This document shows positions 1 through 12,125 of a stretch of 34,235 nt of DNA, in pieces (position 1 is the stretch's first letter; every line of letters starts with the position of its first letter). The position numbers and the translations under genes were made by a program. This DNA is from Catajapyx aquilonaris. Taxonomy: Eukaryota. The notes under the pieces were generated by a model that was not told the origin of the DNA, did no database searches, and was given only the letters and a program-made list of their open reading frames with translations. The DNA lies in the NCBI GenBank assembly GCA_000934665.2, contig JYFJ02001009.1, positions 62,001 through 96,235 on the forward strand. The letters run 5' to 3'.

Positions 1-548
1 TCAGTGTTTTTGACTTGTAAAATATCTCTGGAAAAACTGCGCACGGAAGTCGTAAATTTCCTAAGGGCATAAATCCATTTGCACAAAATAATGGGGGTAA
101 TTGAGTGTGGGCCTTCAGTTATAAGTGTCACGACGCTTATTCCAAAAGTAGGACTACCTTTAAAAACCATCTTTTCATTACATATAATTACGGATCATTT
201 GCTGGAGGATTGCGTGTTTAGTTAGAATAAATAATGATGAGGAGGGGGGGGGGGGGGAATTGGTCACGGTTTTTTGTCCTGTGAACAAGAATGTACGAAT
301 TGCTCGCCATGTTGACAGGTATCACTTTGAAAGACCCATCTCAGCCAGTCTGCAGCAAAACAAACACCCAAACTGACGACGTTAGCTGAGTTATTTTGGT
401 CCCTAACTACAACATGGAAGGTTACACAAGATGACGTCTGGCTCTCCACGTGTCTCCTCAGGTAGAGCATCCGGCTCAGCTGTTTCAGAATATTGCTTTT
501 ATACAGCTCAAAAAAAAAAATACAAGCCCAATTTTTTGGTGACCATCC

Positions 549-1130
549 TCTTACATAATAAAGCAGAAAGTTTGTCTGTATATCCTGCCCAGGTAGCACA
601 CTTCGTCGGCCCGACGTCGGGAAATGACACCGGGCTAATGTTGGGGAGCGATGTTGGGCCAATGTAAAACGGTTAACTTTTTGTCACATCGGGCCAACGT
701 TGGCACCTGATGTTGGGCCGATGTAGGCATACAGTGCTGACCCGATCTACATTATACCCTATATGGCGGCTACATAACCCACTTTAAGACTACTGAGTGC
801 TGCTGGTGGTGGTGGCGAGGGGGGGGGGGACTCCATGGATATTTGGATGTACTCTGTACGTCCTACGGATATCCAAATGTCCAATGTCCCTTCAGTGGAG
901 ATGTGGATATCCGTAGGATATTCCAGGGAGTTTTTGTCTGTATGTTCAGGCTACTATAACATACTTTCGGACTACTGAGAGTACTGAAACTTGACAAACT
1001 AATGGATTACGTGCTGCTGATTGATGTAAAAGTTCGAAAACCGAATTTTTTGAAATGATTTTTCAGGCATGCCTCAATTATGGCTGACTTTTACAATGGA
1101 AACAGGCGAAGAACGGGCTCTGCTGCTAAT
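549..1130 (+). mobile_element. Degenerate non-autonomous Helitron-like element, interrupted by other repeat fragments
   Basis: Starts TCTTACATAATAAA..GAAAGTTTGTCTGTAT (same 5' end at 2140 and 2184). Internal GACTACTGAGAG..TGAAACTTG motif. Ends with a GC-rich stretch GGCGAAGAACGGGC..CTAA|T resembling a decayed hairpin plus CTAG terminus. An unrelated segment starting CCCAGGTAGCACA (~588-760) interrupts it. Confidence 0.5.
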
Positions 1131-2139
1131 TTACTTTAGAATGTGTGTGTGTTTTTTTTTAAGATGGTGTTGTCAGGTATAAAGTATAGCTCTGGAAGTT
1201 TGTCCAGAAGATTGCCAAGATATTGTACCATGTTTGGCATATTTTGAGCATTGAAGTACAGCACAAGTGGCGATGATGGCAGAGTTCCCTTCCATGAGAT
1301 AAGTTCTATTTCTGAAGAATCCGGAGTGGAGATTACGTCTTAAGATTCATCCCCCCACCCTCCTTTATTTTTTATTTTTTATTTTCATAATATTCTCTGG
1401 CGAAAGCACCGTTGACGGTTCTCAAGGCCCGCGAAAAAAGACAGGGGCTCTCTGAAACAATGAGAACAAGAGAAAGGGGCCTAAGGAACGGTCCAAGGCC
1501 CTAAGCCCAGCTCTTTTTGTACAGCCTCTTATATTATATAGGTAAGGTTGGGTTACAGCTTACAGGTAGAGTAGTTCTGCAACACTGAGCTCGCCCTGTT
1601 CTGTCCAATCCATCAAGCAAGGTTCTCTCTTATTCCGTCCACTCCCATACTTCCTGCCACCGTCATGGCCAAAAAAGAGTTCCTCCACTTCTTTTTCTCG
1701 TGACGGCCTTTACCCCACGCTTGCAGCAGGAAACTTTCAACAATGTCAACCTGCTCACCACCCACGCATCATATTATATTTTTTTTGTTGTTGGCAGATT
1801 CAAGTTTTCCAGCTGATCAGGTTTCATTGGGTGTGATACTGAACAGTCAAAAACTTCTAGTTTTCATCTTGAAGCTCCACCCTATGCTGTTGGCACCCTC
1901 ATTTTTTTTTTATATACAAAAAAAAGTCTTCCCTGCATATTATCCGTGTCGAATGTCCAATGACCCTATAGTTGAGTTTGCATACGAAAAGTTCAGTGCA
2001 CCCTTCTGTTTCATATCCACCGACACAGCTTCCGAAATAAGTGCACAACATCTAATGGGTTCAAGTGGTTCAAGTCTCCTCATGTGCACGCATGTGGCCA
2101 TGATTTTTTTTCTTTTTTAAATCATTGCACTACAATCAA

Positions 2140-2395
2140 TCTTACATAATAAATCAGAAAGTTTGTCTGTATGCCTGGGGCCATCTTACATAATAAATCA
2201 GAAAGTTTGTCTGTATGTCTGGGCTACCTAACCCACTTTCAGGCTGCTGAGAGTGCTGAAACTTGGCACACCCTATATATAATCCAGACAGTTCGTCCGT
2301 ATGTTTGTATTTTCGAGCTACTTAGCCCACTTTCAGACTACTGAGAGCACTGACACTCTTGGCACACTGATGACTTAGCTACATGCTGTTGATTC
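2140..2395 (+). mobile_element. Second Helitron-like fragment with a tandemly duplicated 5' end
   Basis: A|TCTTACATAATAAATCAGAAAGTTTGTCTGTATG occurs at 2140 and 2184 (44-bp period), followed by two copies of CCCACTTTCAG.CT.CTGAGAG..CTGA..CTTGGCACAC. Clearly related to 549-1130. Confidence 0.5.
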
Positions 2396-3339
2396 AGGTA
2401 AACGTATGAAAACTGCACTTTTTTTCCCTACAAATTGTATGTGACAATATTGCTGACAGTTCTGCACACGTGTTACTTGGCTGGGCACCCGCAGTGAAAA
2501 AGCAAATTTCTTCCAGAAGAGGTCGTCCATTCAAAAAGCGGATATTAATAGCTTCCATGCATAATGTCACACGCTTACTTTCTATCACCCTTGTAATGAA
2601 CCTTGTCGCCTAATAAACTTTCAGGTCCTTTTTTAAATACGAGCTTATTATTATATCTTTAGAAAGGACCTCTAAAAAAAATGTTGTGGCAATTAAACTT
2701 TTGCAGCATGTAATCGGGCATCATCATAAGTACAGTACACCACGTGTGGCGAAAGTCCAGATAAAAACCTCCCCAACCTTGTTTGCTACACTGCCCACAT
2801 GTCTCCATGTGACGCAATGTAACAAAAAAAAAAAAGTAAAATAGCCCATGCAAGACTTCCCTTTTTAAGAGTCTCTCTTGCCCACATTTTTTTATTGGTC
2901 TTTTTTACCTTAGGAAGCACACCCACTAAATTGTTGATAGCTGTCAGTTGCCAATCATGGCTCCAATCACAAGGGGTCACAACAAAGTGTTTTGTCACGT
3001 TTGCCACCCCCTTTGGGTTTCTTAAAAATAGATGCCAATTTAGCAGACCAGTAATTAATATCAGTCAAGTGTAATCAAACGGAGGCCCCCAAGGTTACCT
3101 TTAGCTGGCTTTGGAGACAATTTTAAAGAGCCTAAACCTGCAATGCCACGCGCGACTAAATTACATGCCTGAAGCGGCAATCACCGAGGAGCATCAATTA
3201 TATATGAATCCCCCACCAGCGATTACGGAGGCTGCAGTAAAAAAAAAAAAAGTATTTGAGGATTAATCAAGATCATCAATTATATTAAGACAAGGAATAT
3301 GAGGTGCCAAATTTTTATTGTGATACCGGTACTGTATTA

Positions 3340-6300
3340 TCAGTACCGTGCTTTCTTGGGATTGAAGTTTGGTCCGCCAACACCCATCCTCTTCTTTCTC
3401 CTCACCTGCTCTCGTTTGGCCCCACGTACATCTAAGAAACTTGGTTAAGGACATATCCAAAATCTTACCATACTACCTGATACTACAGACAGGTAATATT
3501 ACATTGTTGGTTGTCAATTGGTATCCTGGCAACCAACAGACTGTATTACGTACAATTAGCTGCAAATTTTCAATCGCTTGGTGTCTGTGGTTCCAGAAGA
3601 AAATTGCCCATTGCGGAAAATATGTTTGGACTTGTCGCAAGATTGTCAATTTTTATCATACCACGCATAAAATTTTTGTAGCCTCTAATGATTTCATTGC
3701 GGACAGGTTACATTCTATCATGAAAGCAAATTCAGCGACGGACACGATGCAATTAACATATTACCTGACAAATTTGTGGCATTTAATGAGCTTGGGTCAT
3801 TATACCTCGGGGGTAATCAACCAGTAGAAAGTGGGTAATTTTCTCGACTCCGAAGTTACTACAAATTAATTAATTTTCACCGCTACTGCATACCCATTCA
3901 TTTACTTAAAACACATTACTCAATGACTAGTCGCTAACTTTCATTCTAAATTTATTCCCATTTTGGAATATGAACAGTGCCATCACTTGGGTATATTAAT
4001 AAACTAGCAGAGAGCTGCGGGCATCAAAGGAAACCACACATCCTCGGCGGAAAAAAAAAATGGGGGGCCCCTCGCGTGCAATATTTCATCCTTGCCTAAC
4101 GCTATGGGGGCTCCCCCATCTTCGCATCCCCCTCCCCACACACCCAACCCTGTTTTTGCACTTTCCAAAAATAGGATGGGCAGATTTAGGATAAGAGGGG
4201 TAGAGACGGAAAGGGGAGGAAGAGGACAACTTTCTCAGAGATGGGTTCCAACCAAAATAATCGAAATGAATGACCCAACCAAGCAGCAGGTTTGAGCTCA
4301 GCCCACCCTGAAATTAACTCCACCTGGCAGCCGCCCCCCGCTTCTCCGTAATGAAAAGGAAGCAACGGAGGAAAGGGGGGTGAAAAAAATCATGTGCAAT
4401 AAAAATCCAGGCATGCTACCAAATTTCTGTCAGCTCGCCATAAATTCCCCATCAGGATCTTATTTTAAGCCTCATCTGGCAAGAAACCCGCAGCACATAC
4501 GAAAAGAGCGAAATTATTTTAAAAAATCGTGGATGCCAGTACGTGCGCCATAGTTCATTCATTAATGAGATGAAGGTGTTCGTATGCTACAAATAAAAGC
4601 GTCTGTTTGCTGTAGCGATCCGGTGTAAATGATGGCGTGAGTCAACCCCCACTATTTGTAGCTGTGTATTAGCTATGATTCACTTGTACTGGTACTTGGC
4701 TCCAATCAAACATGAAGTAGCCAAAGAGCCTGAGAAATGGAGGAAAAAGGTCGCACGTATGCTCGGAACAAATCCTGCACAAATCGCATATATCTTGACA
4801 CCCATCCTAACAACTGGTTGCTACGTCAGGACTCGTTTTGCAGAAAATAGCCTTTGTCGCATGACACACACCAAGAGCCGTAGCAAAGACAGGCGAGGAG
4901 GAGTGCAAAAAGACCAGGAATAACTTTCCTTGGCTGCATTTGCCCCAACAATTCCTGAATGGGCACTTACAAAACCCAAATTCCTTGCTGTAACCCACAT
5001 CGAGAGAGTCTACACCTCTGCGCTCCTTTAAAAAAAGTTATTCCCTCAAGGTCTATTATTATATTTGTTGCACGGCAGCACACCTTTTTTCCCTCCGTGA
5101 GTAGGCGGAAAGAAAAACAAACTGATCCTCGGGTAAATTGCCTATACAGCAAGAAAGTAATTACGAAACAATCATCCGGAAAAATGCAACAAAAGGCGTA
5201 ACGCAATTACTAACAGATTGCCAATAATATTAATGACACGTACAATGCGATGTTAATAGGCAAAATTGAATAATAATCCCGACTGGTTTTTAAAAACTAA
5301 ATCTCTCTTGCATTGCACGGCAGCACACTTTTTCCTCCGTGAGTAGGCGGAATGAAAAACAAACTGATAAATACGCTCGTAGCATGAAAATAATTACGAA
5401 ACGATAATATCGGAAGAATGCAACATAATTACTAGTAAACATATTTCCAATCATAACAATGCAACATGAGTTAATTTGCGATTGCATAAATCTGAATAAT
5501 AATCCGGACCATTTTTACAAAACTAAATCTCGAGGGTGTAGACCTAAAAAAAATAAATGCAACTTTTTCACAAAATTCGCCCACTCCTTCGCCACGGTCG
5601 CCCACACGTCTCCGTGACTCATATGTTTTTCCTTCCACACTCCGCACACACACTTCTTCTCCCACATGACATCAGCAAACTCCAGGTCATCCTCAAATGA
5701 CAAAAGCAGTTCCCACTCATAAGAATGGGCGATGAAAAAAAATATATGAAAAGAAATTAGGACCTGAAGTACCTGGAGTATGAGGACCCTTCAAAATGCA
5801 CAGAAAAAAATTAAAGCAAAAAAAAAAGAAGGGAAGGTTGCCGTAGTAATAAAAAGTGCAAGTGAGGATGACTAGTTGGCAACACACTGTGCTAAAACCG
5901 CATATTGTAGTTTGCAGATTTTTTTTTCGAGACGGTCAAAAGGATACTGAGATCAACAGCAGGAGGGACTCGGAATCCGAAAGACCTGGCCACCTTGGCC
6001 AACTCCAGCGTGTTGATGTCAAACACCTGCTTCAAATGGTGCGAGTCATAAGCCCTCACGTACGTTTTGAACGCATCCTTCGCCGATTTGTTCAAAAAGT
6101 AATTCTTGCCAATAAGTGTTTCCAACTGCGAACAAACAAACACAGGATTCTCGTTAGCAGCTCATAAGAGTGGCAGGCCCTGGGCGTAATATCAAGGAGG
6201 GGAAAGTGATGCGGAAGGTTCTGAATGCAAGCAGCGACAGATGTCGGAAACACTCGCATTTCAATCGACCCTGTAATTACCTGATCCTGAATGTCGGCCA

Positions 6301-7946
6301 CTTTTGCCCAGGAGAACTCGTATTCGTTTAGTGGAACCTTGGCTTGCTTCAGGTAGCGAAGAAACGCTATCTCCTCGGGTCTGAGGATTAGAAGGGCATG
6401 ACCCCTTCCTCCCTCACCTCTGGCTGTACGACCCACTCGGTGGATGTACTCCTTCGGGTCATCAGGAGGATCATACTGCACTATCCAGTCTACATCTGGA
6501 ATGTCCAGGCCACGAGCTGCCACATCAGTACAAAGGAGAATGCCAGTGTCGGCGTTGCAGAACTGGAAGAATGTCGTTGTCCGCTTCACCTGCTTCTGCT
6601 GTCCCTGTAACAATAAGTAGCTACAATTAGTTACTGACAACACAAACACGAGTGGGTGAGCTATACTTACATGTATACAGGTGACAGGCAGATCAATGTA
6701 ATTGAGTAGCTCATGATGGTACTTGACGGAGAGACAAGAGCTGAAGAAAACCATTATCTTCTTCTTCCGGTTCTTCTTGAGGAATGTGAAGAGCAGCAGA
6801 AACCTCTTCTCGGACGGGCAGACAACGTAGCCCTGCTCCAAGCCTTCAACAGTCGCCGTGGCCTTAGAGTCATCAACACCCACGTAGATCGGCTCTTTCT
6901 TCAGGGCCAGCATAGCCAGGGATTCCGTCTTCTGGCTCGTCGTAGCGCTGAACAGCATCGTCTGACGTCTCTCTGTAATAAGCAAAAGCAGGTTTAAGAT
7001 GTAATGAAATTAGCAGCCGTTCCATTGTAAGTAACAAGTCGCTTTAACTTACTCGGAAGGAGTCGTATGATCTGCTTCATCTCCTCCTCAAACCCAACGT
7101 CCAAAATTCGGTCCGCCTCGTCAATCACCAAACACTGCAGATTCTTGTACAGGAATCCGGCTGTGTTCTGCATATGATCAAGCAGCCTTCCCGGAGTGGC
7201 CACCAGGATATTAACCCCTTTCGACAGCTTCATTGCCTCGGACTGCCTGTTCGCACCTCCCATAAGCAGCCCGAAAGTGTGGGTATGATGCTTCATCAGC
7301 TCTTTCAGTACACCAAAAGTCTGCATGGACAACTCCCGAGTCGGGCTGATAATAATACATCCAGCTCCATTCCGCGGCAGAAACTTCAGCTTATAGATAA
7401 GCTCAACGGCTGGGATTAGAAACGCCAATGTTTTCCCCGATCCCGTCTGTGCCGCACCCAGCAAGTCCCTGCCTTCCAGCAAATGCGGTATCGCCTTGAA
7501 CTGTATCTCGGTCATATCTGTAAATCCCATATCCGCCACAGCCTCTAGCGTCTGCGAGCAAACACGGGATTCCAAAGCGGTGAAGCTGTGCGACGACAAC
7601 ATATGAACGCCCAGCGATGAGCCTGGAACTATACGATTTCATTAACGCTTTTAATTGCGCAGTGTTAATACAAACTTACGGCTTTCTCCATTCCGGTCGT
7701 AAAGCTCCAGCTCATTTCCTATAATTTAAGTATGGTGTAATTAGTACTGCTTCAGACACTTTCAATATAATCATTACCTTGCGGTTCATCATCATGTTGC
7801 GGTCCAGCGCTGCTTCTTTGCTCCTCTTCCTCCTTTGCGATCCGGTCCAGCTCCAGCAGCTCTCTTTGCTTCAGAACAGTCAGCTTCTTCTTAACCTCCC
7901 GTTTCTTCAGCTTCCTGTTCAGAACCTGCTCGTGAACACGCTTCAT
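3340..7946 (-). CDS. DDX18: ATP-dependent DEAD-box RNA helicase DDX18/Has1/pitchoune, ~559 aa; exons complement(7778-7946, 7680-7718, 7053-7628, 6671-6972, 6281-6604, 5948-6125, 3340-3431)
   Basis: Motifs [45 protein letters not shown], plus family-typical [11 protein letters not shown] and [11 protein letters not shown]. All introns GT-AG with consistent phase. Last exon ([20 protein letters not shown]...) lies beyond a 2.5-kb intron and is followed by AATAAA at 3314-3319 (minus). Confidence 0.96.
5069..5530. repeat. Diverged direct duplication (~245-bp period) inside DDX18 intron 6
   Basis: TGCACGGCAGCACAC.TTTT.CCTCCGTGAGTAGGCGGAA.GAAAAACAAACTGAT at ~5069 and ~5314, with similarity continuing (TAATTACGAAAC, ATGCAACA, TGAATAATAATCC, AAACTAAATCTC). 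Confidence 0.8.
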
Positions 7947-8462
7947 TTTTTCCTTCAGACAAGATTCAGTAAAATCCACGCCATTAACACATGGCAACTA
8001 AGATGGCGGCCAACCTCATCCAAATTTCACCCCCGATCAAATTATAATCGCACATGTATTTAATCGCTAATTATAGGATGCACATAACGATAAAAAATTA
8101 TAATTGTGTTAAACTAATTACAGTTTGGTAGTTCATTTCCGTCAAATTTACATGTTCTAGCTGCGTTGATGTGCCGATAGGTGATTGGCTTACATAGTCA
8201 CGTGCCGCCATCTGATTGGGTTCGTATGTTCAATCCGAGTTCGTCCTTGACCTCAAAAACTTTAGAATTCGCATATGGCGAACCGAATTGTGAACAATAA
8301 GTTCTATAGAACTATCCATCCGTCTATCGCCACGTCTCATCCGGAGGCTATAACAACTATAGCCGCCTAGTAGTGCTTACCATTCAAGTTCGATGGTGGA
8401 GCCAGGCGCCAGATAAAAATCGGGCTCGAAGGAGGAAAAAAAAAGAAGGAAAACTTTAAAAA
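7947..8462. promoter_or_regulatory. Bidirectional promoter region of DDX18 and UBE2J1
   Basis: 516 bp between divergent start codons. YY1/Pho-type AAGATGGCGGC at 8000-8010 and GCCGCCATCT at ~8204-8213, E-box GTCACGTG at ~8197-8204, two reverse CCAAT boxes (GATTGG at ~8184 and ~8215). Confidence 0.7.
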
Positions 8463-10668
8463 ATGGAATTCCAAGGGAAATATAATACCAGGAGTCCAGG
8501 TAAATATGTCCCTTTTATGAATAATTATGAAAATTAATATTGGCATAAATTGAACCGGACAAGTGCTGTTCCGGAATGGTTTGAATTTTTGCACATGTTG
8601 TCAACTAGTACGCTGCGACATGTACTAGTTACGCACAAATTGAGCTTCACACTATTGTTCCGTAATGGTACGGAATTGTTGTTGTGCAGAATTTGTCGTT
8701 GCGTTCATGCCTTTTCCTGCCCTTTTCGTGCTGTAAGATTCGTGCGATTGTGAACAGCGTATTCAAGATGTTATATTCACAAGCGTATATACGGCTGCGA
8801 TACTGTTGAATCATCAACACAAAAACGTATGCATGAATTTCATGATATCGGCGAGTCTGTCAGTACAAAACATGCGCCTGCATAATGTACATGATAATTG
8901 ACTATTCCGATGGGGAAAAAAAAGGCGTCTGTTATCGGCTGCATTTTTTGCAAGGAAAGAAATTACCTCACTGTAACCATCAAAAAAACCTTCATTACCC
9001 ATGGATTTGTAGCATATCAATTATTTGGGAGTACCTATCAGAACCATTTAAAAATATGAATGATTAGTCGATATGTAAGAAAGTGCCATTGTGAAGCGGT
9101 AACTTTTTACAATTTTGTTTAAAGTAATTAGTAGGTATCGTAATATTACGCAGTTTTAATGTAATTTGGGTTGGCTAAGAAGAGTCTTGATGTTTCTTTT
9201 GTTATCTGTTTAATTGTCATGTTCCTCTTTATTCAAAGACAATATTTACTTATGCTTCTATTCTTTGCATACGGAGTATCGCTTAGGTCCTTTTACTGGG
9301 TCACATTTTCAGCTGTGAAGCGCCTGATGCGGGAAGCCTTGGAGCTGCGTGATGCGACAGAAGACTACTTTGCCCAACCATTGGAAGACAACCTATTTGA
9401 GTGGCACTTTACAGTACGAGGACCACCTGACAGCGAGTTTGAAGGCGGGTTCTACCATGGGAGGATCGTCCTTCCACCCGAATACCCGATGAAGCCGCCA
9501 AACATAATAGTCCTCACTGTAAGCACAGTGTTTTGTTGCTGTTTTTTTTCCGATTGCAAGTACTAATTGCTTGATTTCCCTGCAGCCAAACGGTCGGTTT
9601 GAAGTGAACACCAAAATTTGCCTGAGTATATCGGGCCACCACCCAGAGAGCTGGCAGCCTTCGTGGTCGATACGAACTGCTCTTCTCGCTATCATCGGAT
9701 TCATGCCTACACCTGCCAGAGGGACTGTTGGGTCCATGGACTACACCCCTGAAGAGAGGAGTTTGCTTGCCAAAAAGTACGTTGTAGTTAATACAGTTTT
9801 TATTCAGCATTTTTATCCAATTGACAACTTAACAGGAACACATGATTGTTACGAGTCTCTAGTACGACGCATTGATCATAACATTGGAAATAAACAAGTT
9901 TCAAAATGAAATGGGGAAAAACCCCCGAGACAATGACATTGTCTCCAAGTCAATTTTGTAATGCGGGAATTAACGAAAGATCATGTCTCCCCAGGAGCCA
10001 AAAGTGGAAGTGCCCGACTTGCGGACCAATACGTGATCTTCTCCTCCAGCCTGGATCTAACGCGACTGATCAGTCGGTGCAGAAGGAAGCCAAGTTGTTG
10101 GTGTCAAAGATCGACCTCAAGGTATAACATCTTGCAGTTCGCTTGAAAATTTAAAAGACTTGACATCAAAACTACGCTCTCGCAACAAGCAAGATTATTG
10201 GCTTCGGTTTAATGGCCATTTGCTTTTACTCTTTAAAATTGCAAATTACTCTTGATGAATCTATTACAATTTTACGGCAGCACTTGTTGTCTAGAAATAA
10301 GCAGATGCTTCTCACAAAAGGCAAACTTATTTGGACTGTCATCCTATTGATTTTATCCCATTAAAAAATAAATTGCCTACACTAATTAACTAATGTTTCT
10401 ACTGCCGTTTTGTTCTTTCCAGGGTGAGCCCAACACTTTAAACAATTCGGTGGAACCCGAGCAGCCGAGGATTCGGAGGCAGTTGGCAGCTTCTGAGCCC
10501 ATTCGAGAGGAGGTTCCCGCTCGGCCCATTCCCAACACGGCAGAAGAATACAACGGAACTGGAAACGCCGCCACGTCCAACGTTTTCATATTCCTGATCA
10601 TCGTGGCCATTGCGATACTTCTGTACCGAAGGGTTTTCCTTCTTCAAGAAGTTCAGAGCGGAATTTGA
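8463..10668 (+). CDS. UBE2J1: ER tail-anchored ubiquitin-conjugating enzyme E2 J1 (Ubc6 family), ~268 aa; exons 8463-8499, 9313-9518, 9586-9776, 9995-10121, 10423-10668
   Basis: Spliced N-terminus MEFQGKYNTRSPAVKRLMREALEL, PLEDNLFEWHFT, YPMKPP, catalytic TPNGRF..KICLSISGHHPESWQPSWSIRTALLAIIGFMPT, C-terminal transmembrane VFIFLIIVAIAILLYRR. Splice phases consistent. Confidence 0.96.
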
Positions 10669-11388
10669 CTTCCGAAAAAAAAAAAAAAAACATTTTAACT
10701 CTGAAAAAAAATATTGTGCCACTCTTATTCCAAAAAAATTCATTCGATAGTATTTCCATTATTTGACAATGTAAATTTTAGTAACTAGTCAGGGCTACTG
10801 ATGACATATTTTTTAAAAAAAGGGAAAATTAAAATATGGAAGAAACCAGAAACTAGTCATGGCCGGGACTTGGGAGTTGCAAAAAAAATAAATCGTGGTG
10901 AGGACTTTTATACGTGATGCAAGAAACAAGTTGCCTATTTTAATACACATAAGTGCTGCTTCTGTGTGTGTATATCCAAAAACAACTATGGTTTTATGAA
11001 CCAGTAACTCCCCACTGTATAAATAATTTTTAAAAAATGCACAAAGTATGAATGGCCTGTAGATGGTAGCGATCAAAAATCATTACTTGCAAAAATATAT
11101 ATATACATACACCGATCGCTTTTCCTATTTTGTAATAAAATCCAATTTTTCTGAACAAACCTCTTTTTTTTTTTTACTGCCAAATATGCCTCATTCTTGG
11201 TTACGACGCGATCTTGAAGCCTGCAAAGGGAAACTTTTCGTTCATGACATTTCAGCGACGATTTTTTTTTTAAAAAAGAAGATGGGTTACTAAGAGAAAA
11301 GACTTGAGTTGTGACGTCTGAGCAGCTCAGACATTGTAAAATCCCATATTTAGTTACGGCACATTTTACAAAAAAAAAATACAGAGTT

Positions 11389-11987
11389 CTAATGGCTTGA
11401 TTTTCGCACCTTTGGTGAGGCATCAGTCTTGGATCCCTTGACTTTAAGCCGCTTCTCAATCAACGTACGCATCTTCACTACGCTCTCTTGCTTGGCCAGC
11501 AGTGGCGTCACTTGAGTTGGACCACTCTCGGTCATCTCTGCAAATTTTAATAGTGTAATGAGAGAAAATCATTAAAAAGCGGTGCGGGGATTGTCGTAAA
11601 TAAAATTTGCTACTCACTGTCGATTATAAAAGGGATGTACGTAGCTTGTGGCGTGAATATGTTGCTAACAGTCGTACCAGGTGCCTGTGCATAAAGCTTT
11701 GCGGAGTTTCCTTGCTCGTCAGACAAATCGAAATCTGTTTGTTATTGTAATAATTAATAAGCCGCATTATTACCCTGCAATCATAACTTGAGTACGAACC
11801 TTTCTCTGCCAGTTCGGGTATGTTATCCAAGATAAACTCCATGAAAATCGCAGCGGCACAGTTAGTGCATGCGAGGAACTCTTGCTGATCTGCAAAAATG
11901 TTCTAGTAAAATACTGATCTCGAATTATTGGAAATACGTCTTACCTCCGTGATTGACCTTAATCCAAGCGCTTAAAGTGTGTGCCAT
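11389..11987 (-). CDS. CXorf65/C22orf15-like small protein, 132 aa; exons complement(11945-11987, 11800-11889, 11618-11734, 11389-11537)
   Basis: Four exons joined by three phase-1 GT-AG introns give MAHTLSAWIKVNHGDQQEFLACTNCAAAIFMEFILDNIPELAEKDFDLSDEQGNSAKLYAQAPGTTVSNIFTPQATYIPFIIDKMTESGPTQVTPLLAKQESVVKMRTLIEKRLKVKGSKTDASPKVRKSSH. The pattern HGD.Q.FL..TNCA..DL..E.G..TY..PLL matches my recollection of human CXorf65. Confidence 0.8.
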
Positions 11988-12125
11988 CACGACAGAACCC
12001 TATTTGCCCAAGAGAAAGTTTAAAAATATATATATTCTGCAAAATTGCAAAAAAATAGTATCCTTAACAATTAAAGATGTAACCGCGGAAACTTGTCAAT
12101 AGTTCGGCTGTTGCAGCTTGGAAGG

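Noticed and set aside
264..3300. ORFs of 64-132 aa in the first 3.3 kb
   Set aside because: They overlap repeat fragments and homopolymer runs and show no recognisable domains.
5069..5530. Duplicated intronic snoRNAs in DDX18
   Set aside because: No convincing C/D or H/ACA box arrangement seen on the host strand; kept only as a direct repeat.
11736..11774. 39-bp intron and the 72-aa ORF 11624-11842 as the real product
   Set aside because: That donor leads to a stop before the next exon; the upstream donor at 11799 gives a normal 65-bp intron and a continuous frame.
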